From positions 590 to 64,589 of the forward strand of contig JAWOEX010000023.1 of NCBI GenBank assembly GCA_046482545.1: a DNA stretch of 64,000 bases. Reading direction: 5' to 3'. Position 1 is the stretch's first letter; each line of letters begins with the position of its first letter. Below the pieces are notes generated by a model. That model had not been told where the DNA came from and did no database searches. It saw only the letters and a list, made by a program, of their open reading frames with translations. Below, piece after piece: positions 1-9,816 of the stretch. A program made the position numbers and the translations under genes. Source of the stretch: Candidatus Thorarchaeota archaeon (lineage in GTDB: Archaea; Asgardarchaeota; Thorarchaeia; Thorarchaeales; Thorarchaeaceae).

Positions 1-1463
1 TGAGAATCAGCTAGAATATAGGCCTTCACAGTGATGTTCGTACCGTCAGGCTGTGAGGTGATTTCATGGAAGTAGTTCTCAAGGTCGTCTTCTGCTGAGA
101 GAAAAACGTTTTCCGTTATGGTGTGGTTTTCCCATGCCGCGTCATCTATCTTTGTGCTTAGGATGACTTCTTCTACTCCGTGTGCCGGGTCCGAATCATA
201 GAGTTCCTGAGTATAAACGGTCACATTAATGACTGAATCGCTCTTTGGTATGTTGGGGTCCCAGTAGAGATTCACGTAATCCATGACATCACAATCACCT
301 ACCCCCCAGTCGAAGTCGTATACCTGCTGATACCATTGAGCGATTTCCTCATGCTCGACAATAACTCCAGCTTCACGATTCTCAGATATGCTTCCATCAC
401 TGTAGTTGATACTTGAGATGAGAACAATCCTACCATCCACAATGATTGCCTTGTTGTGATTCGCATAGAACCAGCGACTATCCTGCCAAACTACAGGTAT
501 TCCGTGGGACTCAAAGTGTTCAGAAATCTCTAGGAAGTCTTTCTCTTCTTCAGTAATGATTCTGACAGTCACACCACGCTCTTTGGCCGCCACAATCGCA
601 TCAATAATTTGGTCCACTTCACCACCATCCTCGAAACTAGTAAAGTACGGAATCTGAATATCAAGCGTGGCTTGAGCATTATTTATACAGTACAGCCAGC
701 CCTGAAGACTTGTATCAGGACTGAAAATGGGTGTAACGTTCATATCTCCACTGAACGTGCCAGATTCGCTGAAAGGTCGGGAATATGTACTTGAACCCTG
801 TGAATACGACAGAGGGTCGCCAGTACCATGAGTACCCGCATCATACGGTGTTCCTCTGTTCCAGTCATAGTCGAAAACGGACAAGTAGGAAGCTGCAACA
901 TCCGTGTCTGTCATGGCAATACTCCACTCTCGATTTGACTTTTTGCCAGGCTCGGGAAAGCTTGTTTTTGCCCAATTTCCAGAATGAACCACAGCCGTTT
1001 CATTATCGATAACAAAGAACTTCTGATGTGCAAAATTGAAATCTGACCCGTTGGTCCACCGAACATCATACCCAAGCAATGTCAGATTGTTTGCAACGTA
1101 TTCGTTGGGATTGTAATAGCCAAGACTGTTCCACCCAAGTAGGAATTTCATCTCCAGACTGGGTTTCTCATCATGTAGTTCGTGGATGAGATCTAAGATG
1201 TAAGGGTTGTTCACACCATATATCTCCACATATATGCTATCTTCTGCACTGCGGAGTAAATGCCAGAGCTCGTCTCGGCTACCGTCAGGAGCTACGAAGG
1301 TCGTGACGTTCATATTCTTCTCGAACGTTTCCCAGGTGACTTGTGAAGTTTCATAGTTCTGTGCTGAATTTCTGGTGGCGTTAGAAGGCATAGAGAAAGC
1401 GGCCACTCCAGCAAACAGAATCAAAACCAAAGTCAGCATACTAACGTACTTGCGCAGGTTCAT
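1..1463 (-). CDS. Secreted phospholipase D-family protein with two HKD motifs (partial, runs off the left edge)
   Basis: Not in the ORF track; translated by hand from ATG at 1463. N-terminal signal-like segment MNLRKYVSMLTLVLILFAGVAAFS. Motifs HQKFFVID...HSGNW (~1030) and HNKAIIVDG...ISSINYS (~455). Confidence 0.88.
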   Translation of the reverse strand, partial: MNLRKYVSMLTLVLILFAGVAAFSMPSNATRNSAQNYETSQVTWETFEKNMNVTTFVAPDGSRDELWHLLRSAEDSIYVEIYGVNNPYILDLIHELHDEKPSLEMKFLLGWNSLGYYNPNEYVANNLTLLGYDVRWTNGSDFNFAHQKFFVIDNETAVVHSGNWAKTSFPEPGKKSNREWSIAMTDTDVAASYLSVFDYDWNRGTPYDAGTHGTGDPLSYSQGSSTYSRPFSESGTFSGDMNVTPIFSPDTSLQGWLYCINNAQATLDIQIPYFTSFEDGGEVDQIIDAIVAAKERGVTVRIITEEEKDFLEISEHFESHGIPVVWQDSRWFYANHNKAIIVDGRIVLISSINYSDGSISENREAGVIVEHEEIAQWYQQVYDFDWGVGDCDVMDYVNLYWDPNIPKSDSVINVTVYTQELYDSDPAHGVEEVILSTKIDDAAWENHTITENVFLSAEDDLENYFHEITSQPDGTNITVKAYILADS

Positions 1464-1516
1464 GATAGTCTCTCACTTCGAAATCGTATAACAGCGATAG
1501 CAATAAATCAATCGAA

Positions 1517-1807
1517 TTGCACGTAGAAAAGGAACAAAGGCGATGTACATTGAAGATTTTCTATAGGGTAGACCCCTCCGTATACAAGGAAAAAATGGAT
1601 GAAGTTAAGAAGGAGTTCGGCATGCATCAGGAGATAGATGAGCATAGAACCTTCCTCGTGCTTGATGATACTTCGAAGATAGAACGAATCACCGGTAGCT
1701 ACAGCCCAAGGGAGGATGAAGAGGCCCTCGTGAGAATTGTGTTGAACGAAGAATCACTAAAGGATTTCTTCGATCACGTTTTCGGAGAGCCCGTCTTGGT
1801 AAAATAG
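1517..1807 (+). CDS. Small hypothetical protein (start possibly TTG near 1550)
   Basis: 96-aa ORF with globular composition, divergent from the PLD gene; no motif recognised. Confidence 0.6.
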   Translation: MHVEKEQRRCTLKIFYRVDPSVYKEKMDEVKKEFGMHQEIDEHRTFLVLDDTSKIERITGSYSPREDEEALVRIVLNEESLKDFFDHVFGEPVLVK

Positions 1808-2032
1808 AAAAATTTATTCTACAGGTCGAGAAATCCACATTGGAAAAGCGTATGTAGGTGTTCAACTGGAACAGAAAGAGAGTCTGTTCTCTTTCTAAGA
1901 AACCGGCTGAGAAAGTTTACTACTACGAGAATATATTCAAAAACTATTAAACTGCTCAGCTTTTTCAGCAACGCGCTCTGCCATCTAGTTGTAAGGCTGT
2001 CCCGTAAAAAATAACAGGAGACCATCAGGAAA

Positions 2033-3406
2033 TTGCAGACTACGAGAGAACTAAAAATCAGAGAAGAAGACCAGGACCGAGGCGAATTCAAGAGACATCT
2101 GGGTCTCCTTGGGGCTACCAGTCTGGGGCTTAGTGCGATGTTAGGTGGTGGAATCTACATCATCTCTGGAAAAGCCGCGGCAATGGTCGGTCCCGTCATC
2201 ACGTTTGCGTATCTGCTCGTGGGCCTGATGACACTGTTCACAGCAATCAACTATGCAGAACTGTCCTGTTCTATACCCAAACAGGGAGGGGGTTATACCT
2301 TCGCCCATGATACCTATGGTGGTTTTCCAGCATTCCTTACAGGTTGGTTCCTTTTTTTTGGAAACCTGGTCGCTTGTAGTCTCTTTGCGGTGTCTGTGGC
2401 TCATACCATCTGTGTTTTCATACCGGGAGGGAGCCAGCAGACCGTCGCAATAGTCGCGGTTATCATTATCATCATAACATTCATCACAAACATTTTCAGC
2501 GTTGAAGGTGTCTCAGGGCTTTTAGGCCTCCTGAATATTATTCAGTCCGTTGTCCTATTCTCGTTCATAGGGATTGGACTGTTCTTCCTTGAGCCATCAA
2601 ATCTCGAACCCCTTGTGGCTCCCGGGACTGGTCTGTATGAGTTTATGTCAGTAATTTCATTCATTTACATCAGCTTTGTCGGTTTCGAGTTGATAACAAC
2701 TGCAACCCAAGAAGTCAAGGAACCATCGCACAATGTTCCTCGGGCCATCATGCTGACCTTGCTAATATCCACCGCAATATACATGTTGACCTCGGTGGTT
2801 ATGGTTGGCGTTGTGCCTTATACTGATCTTGCGGACCCGGCCATGCCGCTATCTTATGTTTTTGGAGAAATGCTTGGGCCAGGAGCATTCTATTTCGGTT
2901 TGGCAGGAATGGCTGCTTCCGGCTACGCAGCCCTGAGTGCAACATTTATGGCAACTGCTCGTGTTGTCTACTCACTTGGTCGGGACAACTACTTTCCAAG
3001 CATCCTAAAGCGAGTCAGCCAGAGATTCAATACACCAATAGCAGCGCTCACCCTAACCATGATTGCTGTGAGTGCGTTTGCTGTATCAGGTACCGTGGAG
3101 TTTTTGGTCGGAGTTGCTGATTTTGGCTACTTGGTGGGCATTGCTATTGTAAACTCGTCAGTAATCGTGCTACACAGGAAAGGGCTGAGTGTTCCCGATA
3201 CCTTCCAAGCGGGTTTTTTCCCAGCGATACCCGTTCTAGGTGTTATTACATGCCTTATGCTCGTTCCTACTTTGCACATGGAGGCGCTCATTCTGGGAGG
3301 GGTATTCACGGTGATGGGTATACTGGTGTATCTTCTGTACAGCAAAAGAAAGAAGAAGAGTCATCATAGAAAGATCATAATCACAACGGTCTTATGCCAA
3401 ACATAA
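2033..3406 (+). CDS. APC-superfamily amino acid permease
   Basis: About 12 TM segments; motifs LGGGIY, YAELSCSIPKQGGGY, FVGFE, EVKEPSHNVPRAI. Confidence 0.92.
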   Translation: MQTTRELKIREEDQDRGEFKRHLGLLGATSLGLSAMLGGGIYIISGKAAAMVGPVITFAYLLVGLMTLFTAINYAELSCSIPKQGGGYTFAHDTYGGFPAFLTGWFLFFGNLVACSLFAVSVAHTICVFIPGGSQQTVAIVAVIIIIITFITNIFSVEGVSGLLGLLNIIQSVVLFSFIGIGLFFLEPSNLEPLVAPGTGLYEFMSVISFIYISFVGFELITTATQEVKEPSHNVPRAIMLTLLISTAIYMLTSVVMVGVVPYTDLADPAMPLSYVFGEMLGPGAFYFGLAGMAASGYAALSATFMATARVVYSLGRDNYFPSILKRVSQRFNTPIAALTLTMIAVSAFAVSGTVEFLVGVADFGYLVGIAIVNSSVIVLHRKGLSVPDTFQAGFFPAIPVLGVITCLMLVPTLHMEALILGGVFTVMGILVYLLYSKRKKKSHHRKIIITTVLCQT

Positions 3407-3591
3407 CTCGGAAAGACACAACGATTCGACCGTTCGTGTTTCTTCCTACATTCAGAAAGAAAACCCCATACCCATTGGGCTTATCAGTCCCACTAAGAAT
3501 TGCTTCTACGCTTACTTAGGCTGATTAGCCTACTTGGCTACAATGCATATAGCAGGCGCAAGATGATGAATCACCAGTAGTGGAATATTAA

Positions 3592-5010
3592 TTAGAACGG
3601 GCGCGCTTGAATAACAATCCGCAAAGAGACAGTAATTCGCCCCTCTGTTCTTCCTCCTACGTCCAGAAAACGGAATATCCATACATACTCCACATCAGAT
3701 ATAGGACCGCTGCCACCAGTGTCGAATCTAGTACCGTATACAGGGGTTCTTCCCCAACTGCGCCCGAATGATTCTTCCATTTCAGTTTCGTTCATCTGTT
3801 GGATTTCGCTTAATGTCATCTGTCGGTGTCGAAAGTTGTATCTGACGTATGCTGCATCCTGAGCACCACCATGAAGTTCCCCTTCACATGTGACGTATAG
3901 ACTCGTGTGCCGTTCTCCTTCAATTCCCTGAAATGAGCCTATCAGCCATTCTCCAATCTCGACTGATTCTCCTCCTGCAGGACTCTCATAAACAACAGTC
4001 CGCCATTCTTGGTTTCTCACTGTTGTATAACCAGCGCTTGTCAGAGGAAATAGTATAACGCACACAACAACAAACGCTGTCACCATTTTGCGTCTGAAAT
4101 GATAATTCTCCTGGAGCTTGGATGGAGTAGCTATGCTTTCTGGCCCATCCAAACCAGAAATAGAATCCATTTTCGTCTCCCATTCGCCCGAAAAAGCGAC
4201 CCATCTCTGCAAATTAGAAAGAAGGGAACGACTTGCTACAGTATACGAAATTAGTGAAATGACAAAGAAAACAACCATTGGGAGAAGGAGATTAATTGGT
4301 GCGAATTCAAATCCCACATACCAAGAAGCTGAGGCAGGACTTCCAAATCCTATTGCCATGATAAAGAGGAGAGCAAGAAGCATATGAGCCGGTCCAAACA
4401 ATGCCACTTCCGGATAGCTGACGGGAAAATGAGGCTGACCGGTGGCAACTGCAATTCCCAAAAACAAAGCTACACCAACAGCAATACTTGATTTCCAGCC
4501 ATCCATTGCCAGAGCAAATAGGGCCGTAATGGGACAAAGAAGCATAGTTATCGGAAGCACCGCTGTTATCAGGTGTGGTAGGTAAAGACCCCCTTCAGCG
4601 GACACCGAAAATGCAAATCGAATTGAAAACCCAAAGAAAACCGCCCAAACCATCATCATACAAGTGAACAACAGATAGGCAGTAAATAAGGGTGCAAATC
4701 TCAACTGCTTCTCTTCAAGTGCTGATTCGATAAAATTTTCCCGACTCTGCTCACTAGAGAAAAGCAAAGAAGCTGCCAAGACTATTGGAAAACCAATTGA
4801 GAAGATGTAACCGACGTACTCTGCAAGTCTGAAAATACTACCAAATGATCCCATCGTACCCCCAATGAGCGATAATAGGAAGGGAACAAATGAACATGTA
4901 CCGCCGATGAATGCCTTCTTGAAAGCAGACATCGGTAGAATCTTGAAACCTTCTTTGATATTCCATTCAAACCATCTACGGATTGCCTTCCCTAAATCCA
5001 TCATAGTCAC
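3592..5010 (-). CDS. Multi-pass membrane protein with a soluble C-terminal domain (ABC-2 permease-like N-terminus possible)
   Basis: 472-aa ORF with about 8 hydrophobic segments followed by a beta-rich hydrophilic domain. Confidence 0.65.
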   Translation of the reverse strand: MTMMDLGKAIRRWFEWNIKEGFKILPMSAFKKAFIGGTCSFVPFLLSLIGGTMGSFGSIFRLAEYVGYIFSIGFPIVLAASLLFSSEQSRENFIESALEEKQLRFAPLFTAYLLFTCMMMVWAVFFGFSIRFAFSVSAEGGLYLPHLITAVLPITMLLCPITALFALAMDGWKSSIAVGVALFLGIAVATGQPHFPVSYPEVALFGPAHMLLALLFIMAIGFGSPASASWYVGFEFAPINLLLPMVVFFVISLISYTVASRSLLSNLQRWVAFSGEWETKMDSISGLDGPESIATPSKLQENYHFRRKMVTAFVVVCVILFPLTSAGYTTVRNQEWRTVVYESPAGGESVEIGEWLIGSFQGIEGERHTSLYVTCEGELHGGAQDAAYVRYNFRHRQMTLSEIQQMNETEMEESFGRSWGRTPVYGTRFDTGGSGPISDVEYVWIFRFLDVGGRTEGRITVSLRIVIQARPF

Positions 5011-5092
5011 TTATCGTTCATGGCTGGATGCACAGCCCTCTGCAAAGATATCTCAAATCAATCTAATAATGCTTTCCGAGAATCCTGTCTCT

Positions 5093-6907
5093 TTATCCCT
5101 CAGTATCTAGCCATTCTTTCAACGACTCCGCTAAGCTAGCTGATATGCCATCTACGCTGGCGAGGGCATCAACACTGGCGTTTTGAACATTCTGATAGCT
5201 TCCGAATGTCTTCAATAGAGCACTGCGCCTTTTGGGGCCAATTCCCGGAGCATCTTCAAGAATTGAGCCGGTGAACCTTTTCTCTCTCAACTTGTGATAG
5301 TAGCGCTGAGCAAATCGGTGTGCTTCATCTCGAATCTGTTGGATGAGCCGTAGTGCTACAGAATCTCTGGCGAAATCAATACCATCGGGCCTGTCCCGAG
5401 TGTAGAGGATTTCATCTTTCTTCGCAAGAGCTGCGACCTTGAGATATTCCAAACCGACTTCTGACAATGCTTCGAGGGCTGCACTTAATTGCCCCTTCCC
5501 ACCATCAATTAGAATCAAATCAGGTAAATCATTCGCGTGTTCAAGCATACTACGGTACCGTCTTGATACTACTTCTCTCATCATGGCATAGTCATCAGGC
5601 GTGTCTTTGGATCGTATTCGAAAATGCCTATAGGACGAATTATCAGGTTCACCGTTCTTGAACACTACGCAGGAGCCGGTGGCATCAGAGCCTTGGATAT
5701 TCGCGATGTCAAAGCCTTCAATATGAAGAGGAGCATGGTGAAGGTTGAGGACATTTCGCAATTCCTTGACACCATCACTAACTACTTCTTCGTCTTTCTG
5801 ATCAAGTATGAGAATTCTTCTGAGAGAACGTTTTGCATTCATATTAGCCATATGAACAAGCTCCTCAGTCTTTGATGTCTCAGGAAGGCCTATGTTTACT
5901 CTATGCTCCTCTGGCTCACTCAACCACGCCGCCAACTCGTCACGGTTTTCGATTTCCATGGGTAGTACAATTTCTTCGGGTACCTGTGGCAATGAGAAAT
6001 AAAACTGCTCCACGAAAGCCTGCAAGACTTCAGAATCAGTTGTATCTAGCTCTACTTCGAAGAAGAAATTATCATGACCGACTAGTCGACCGTTTCTCAC
6101 CAAGAGAATTTCAACGAGGGCCGCATGTTCAGTACGAGATACACCAAGGATGTCACGGTTAATACCATCTGTTTGGACGACTTTCTGTCTTCGCATAACT
6201 ATATCGAGGTCATCTATCCTATCTCGGATAGTTGCTGCTTTTTCGAATTGGAGTTGTTCAGCGGCCTTTTGCATCCGCTCTCTGAGTAATTCCCTCAGCT
6301 TGTCTCCCTTACCCTCAAGATACATGCACATATCTCGGACTAGAGAATGATAGTCTTCCTTCGTGATATTATCCATACAAGGGCCACTGCAGCGTCCAAG
6401 ATGATAATCCATGCATTCTCTTCTGACTCCTTCAGGATCCCTACACATGGCCACAGGAATAAAGCGACGTAGAGTATCCAGCAATCTTTCCAAACGGCGG
6501 GTGCTGCCATACGGACCGAAATACTTGGCACCATCCTTCGTGACATCCCGGGTCACTTCTAGAGTTGGAATGTTGGTATTCAGGTCAACTCGAATCCAAG
6601 CGTGACGCCTGTCGTCCTTGAGGGCAAGATTGTACTTGGGCTTGTGTTTCTTAATCATAGTAGCCTCGAGCAACAGAGCCTCGCGTTCAGTACTCGTGAG
6701 GATCGTTTCGATATCTTCAGCTCTCGACATCATTTCCCAAGTCTTTCTGTCAAGGCTGTTGGTTCTGAGATAAGAGCGAACTCGCTTTCTAAGGGACTTT
6801 GCCTTCCCGATGTATAGTATCCTCTCTCCTTCAGCTTTCCACATATAGACACCTGGCGAATCCGGAAGATCGTCAACGAGTTGATGGAGATTCTTGTCCG
6901 AATTCAC
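5093..6907 (-). CDS. uvrC: Excinuclease ABC subunit C
   Basis: GIY-YIG domain (PGVYMW...YIGKAKSLRKRVRSY), UVR domain (QLQFEKAATIRD), RNase H-like domain (IEGFDIAN, DGGKGQ, RDEAHRFA), HhH motif (GIGPKRR). Confidence 0.97.
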   Translation of the reverse strand: MNSDKNLHQLVDDLPDSPGVYMWKAEGERILYIGKAKSLRKRVRSYLRTNSLDRKTWEMMSRAEDIETILTSTEREALLLEATMIKKHKPKYNLALKDDRRHAWIRVDLNTNIPTLEVTRDVTKDGAKYFGPYGSTRRLERLLDTLRRFIPVAMCRDPEGVRRECMDYHLGRCSGPCMDNITKEDYHSLVRDMCMYLEGKGDKLRELLRERMQKAAEQLQFEKAATIRDRIDDLDIVMRRQKVVQTDGINRDILGVSRTEHAALVEILLVRNGRLVGHDNFFFEVELDTTDSEVLQAFVEQFYFSLPQVPEEIVLPMEIENRDELAAWLSEPEEHRVNIGLPETSKTEELVHMANMNAKRSLRRILILDQKDEEVVSDGVKELRNVLNLHHAPLHIEGFDIANIQGSDATGSCVVFKNGEPDNSSYRHFRIRSKDTPDDYAMMREVVSRRYRSMLEHANDLPDLILIDGGKGQLSAALEALSEVGLEYLKVAALAKKDEILYTRDRPDGIDFARDSVALRLIQQIRDEAHRFAQRYYHKLREKRFTGSILEDAPGIGPKRRSALLKTFGSYQNVQNASVDALASVDGISASLAESLKEWLDTEG

Positions 6908-6924
6908 CTTGCTATCTCACCTCT

Positions 6925-9816
6925 TCAATTCTCTTGTTTAGCCTCTGCAGCTTTGGATAGAATAGGGCCTCTTCTCACCTCCGGCCCATAGAGTGTCTTA
7001 CGCAAGTGATTGCCAGTGTATGAAGAAGCAACTTCACAGAGGTCTTCAGGAGTTCCCTCTGCAATCAATCGCCCGCCTTCCTCTCCCCCTTCAGGGCCTA
7101 GGTCGATGATCCAATCGGCTGTCTTCACCACTTCTTGATTGTGCTCAATCATGATGATTGTGTTGCCCGTATCAATCAGACGATTCAGGACCTTCAGTAA
7201 GACATGTACGTCTGAAGCTGACAACCCGGTAGTGGGCTCATCCAAGATGTAAAGCGTATGACCTCTGCTCCGTCGAGACAGCTCTCTTGACAGCTTGACC
7301 CGCTGTGCCTCGCCGCCGCTGAGTGTTGTGGATGGCTGACCCAGCTCAAGATATCCCAGACCTACATCAACAAGTGTCTGGAGGCGATCCGCTATCTTCG
7401 GAAGGTCTGAGAAGAACTCAAGGGCCTCTTCAATCGTCATAGATAGAATATCATTGATATTCTTGTCTCGGTATGTGACTTCCAGAGTCTCTCTATCATA
7501 GCGCTGGCCATTACACACATCACATGTCACGTAGACATCGCTCATGAAGTGCATTTCTACTTTCAAGACGCCGCTTCCTTTGCACTTCTCGCATCTCCCC
7601 TCCTGTGTATTGAAACTGAATCGCGTCTTGCCATACCCTCGAGTCTTAGACTCAGGCATCCTAGCGAAGAGCTTCCTAATCGGAGTGAAGACCTTAGTAT
7701 ACGTTGCTGGATTGGAGCGAGGGGTCCGGCCAATAGGAGACTGATCAACAAGCACTACGCGGTCAATGTTTTCAATTCCTTCAATTGAATCGTATTTGCC
7801 GGCCTGTTTTGAAGCCCCATTTATTTCCTGAGCTAAGACGCGGTAGAAGGTTTGATTGAGAAGAGTGCTCTTCCCGCTCCCAGACACCCCGGTCACACAA
7901 GTAAAGATGCCTAATGGAAATTCAACATCAATATTCTTCAGGTTGTGTTCCCTGCACCCACGAATGATAATTGATTTGCCGTTGCCCTTCCTCCTATTTC
8001 GAGGTATAGGGATTTGTTTTTTACCAGCAAGATATTGCGCGGTGACAGACGCCGAATTATTCAGAACCTCGTTAGGTGGACCTTCTGTGACAACCTCTCC
8101 ACCATTGATTCCAGCACGCGGACCAAGGTCGATTATATGATCTGCGGCCTGTATGGTGTCCTTATCGTGTTCGATGACAACCACTGTATTTCCCAAACTT
8201 CTCAACTCGGTGAGTGTCTTGAGTAATCTAGATATATCGCGTGGATGGAGACCAATCGAAGGTTCATCCAAACAGTACAGCACACCGGTCAACGCTGAGC
8301 CAATCTGTGTTGCAAGTCGAATTCGCTGAGCTTCTCCACCAGATAGAGTAGCAGAGGAACGATCGAGGGTTAGATATTCTACTCCAACAGAAGTAATGAA
8401 TTCAAGTCTTGAGACAATCTCCTTCAAAATCAGCTTGGCAATCTTCTCTGCCCGTTCTGAAAGCTCCAGTGTGTCGAAGAACTCCAATGCATCAGTAATT
8501 GTCATTGAAGTAATTTCATCAATCGATTTGCCTCCAACAGTAACGGCTAAGCTTTCAGCTTTGAGTTTCTTCCCACCACAATCTGGGCAAACTGTCTGTC
8601 GGGCATACCTGTTCATGATTTTCTTCTTGTAGCCCTCAGAATAGTCGCTGTTGAGGTGTCTGTCAAGCCGTTGAATCATACCTTCCCAGGTTCTGGTGAC
8701 AGTAGTAGTTTTTGTTCCACCCTTTCGTCTTCTCCTCGTATAGCTGAACTTCACTCTCAACGACGGTTCGCCCCAGAGGAGTATATTCTTTGCTCGCAGT
8801 GAAAGGTCTTTCCACGGAGCATCCATGGAAAATCCACCCTTTCTAGCCAGCGCCTTCAGGAATTGCTGAGGCCAAGACCTGCTCGTATTCTTCCAAGGTC
8901 TAAAAGCGCCGTCTCTAAGACTCAGCGATTTGTCTGGTACTACGAGGTCAGGGTCAATTTCTATTGTCACTCCCAAACCATTGCATGTCGGGCATGCTCC
9001 TTCCGGGGTGTTATAGGAGAAAGCTTTCGGACCTAGTTTCTCATACTGGACACCACATTTCGGACATACTAGGTGCTCTGCAAATACAAGATCATCTTGG
9101 CCCTCCCGCGATACAATCGCTTTGCCGTCCCCAAATTCAATCGCGGTCTCAAGCGAACCGACAAGCCTCTCCCGATTCGAGTTACTCAATTCGATTCTGT
9201 CAACTACGACCTCGATATCATGACTTCTTCGACCATCAAGTTCAATCTTCTCTATTCTCTTAAATTCGCCATTGACTCTAGCCCTGACGAATCCGTCTTG
9301 AATCATGCTCTTCAACACGTCCTTGTGAGTACCGCGTTCACCTTCAACAGCGGGCGCAAGGACATGGATTCTCTCTCCCCCATTTTCGTCCAGCAAGAGC
9401 CTCGCAGCTGACTGTGCAGTAAGCTGTTCCATCGGATCTCCACACTCTGTGCAATGAGGGTTTCCCACATTGGCATACAACAAACGAAGGTAATCATGGA
9501 TTTCAGTACTGGTTGACACCGTACTCCGCGGATTTTTGCTTGAGCCTTTTTGTTCAATCGAAATTGCAGGAGGGAGTCCCGTAATCTTCTCGACTTGAGG
9601 TTTATCCAGACGGCCCAGAAAGCGGCGAGCATAGGAGGATAACGATTCTACATACCTACGCTGACCTTCCGAGAATATCGTATCAAAAACCAAGCTTGAT
9701 TTCCCAGAGCCAGAAGGACCTGTAACAACAACCAATCTGTCACGGGGAACGTCTACATCAATTGCCTTCAGATTGTGCTCTTCTGCCTTCCTCACTTTTA
9801 TGTGGCCTGTCATCAC
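6925..9816 (-). CDS. uvrA: Excinuclease ABC subunit A, paralog 2 (full length)
   Basis: Two Walker A motifs ([18 protein letters not shown]), two LSGGEAQR signatures, three Zn modules, UvrB-binding and insertion domains, [13 protein letters not shown]. Confidence 0.96.
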   Translation of the reverse strand: MMTGHIKVRKAEEHNLKAIDVDVPRDRLVVVTGPSGSGKSSLVFDTIFSEGQRRYVESLSSYARRFLGRLDKPQVEKITGLPPAISIEQKGSSKNPRSTVSTSTEIHDYLRLLYANVGNPHCTECGDPMEQLTAQSAARLLLDENGGERIHVLAPAVEGERGTHKDVLKSMIQDGFVRARVNGEFKRIEKIELDGRRSHDIEVVVDRIELSNSNRERLVGSLETAIEFGDGKAIVSREGQDDLVFAEHLVCPKCGVQYEKLGPKAFSYNTPEGACPTCNGLGVTIEIDPDLVVPDKSLSLRDGAFRPWKNTSRSWPQQFLKALARKGGFSMDAPWKDLSLRAKNILLWGEPSLRVKFSYTRRRRKGGTKTTTVTRTWEGMIQRLDRHLNSDYSEGYKKKIMNRYARQTVCPDCGGKKLKAESLAVTVGGKSIDEITSMTITDALEFFDTLELSERAEKIAKLILKEIVSRLEFITSVGVEYLTLDRSSATLSGGEAQRIRLATQIGSALTGVLYCLDEPSIGLHPRDISRLLKTLTELRSLGNTVVVIEHDKDTIQAADHIIDLGPRAGINGGEVVTEGPPNEVLNNSASVTAQYLAGKKQIPIPRNRRKGNGKSIIIRGCREHNLKNIDVEFPLGIFTCVTGVSGSGKSTLLNQTFYRVLAQEINGASKQAGKYDSIEGIENIDRVVLVDQSPIGRTPRSNPATYTKVFTPIRKLFARMPESKTRGYGKTRFSFNTQEGRCEKCKGSGVLKVEMHFMSDVYVTCDVCNGQRYDRETLEVTYRDKNINDILSMTIEEALEFFSDLPKIADRLQTLVDVGLGYLELGQPSTTLSGGEAQRVKLSRELSRRSRGHTLYILDEPTTGLSASDVHVLLKVLNRLIDTGNTIIMIEHNQEVVKTADWIIDLGPEGGEEGGRLIAEGTPEDLCEVASSYTGNHLRKTLYGPEVRRGPILSKAAEAKQEN

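Noticed and set aside
3410-3560. Hairpins between the permease and the convergent membrane-protein gene
   Set aside because: Imperfect stems in a convergent intergenic gap; most simply terminators or chance.
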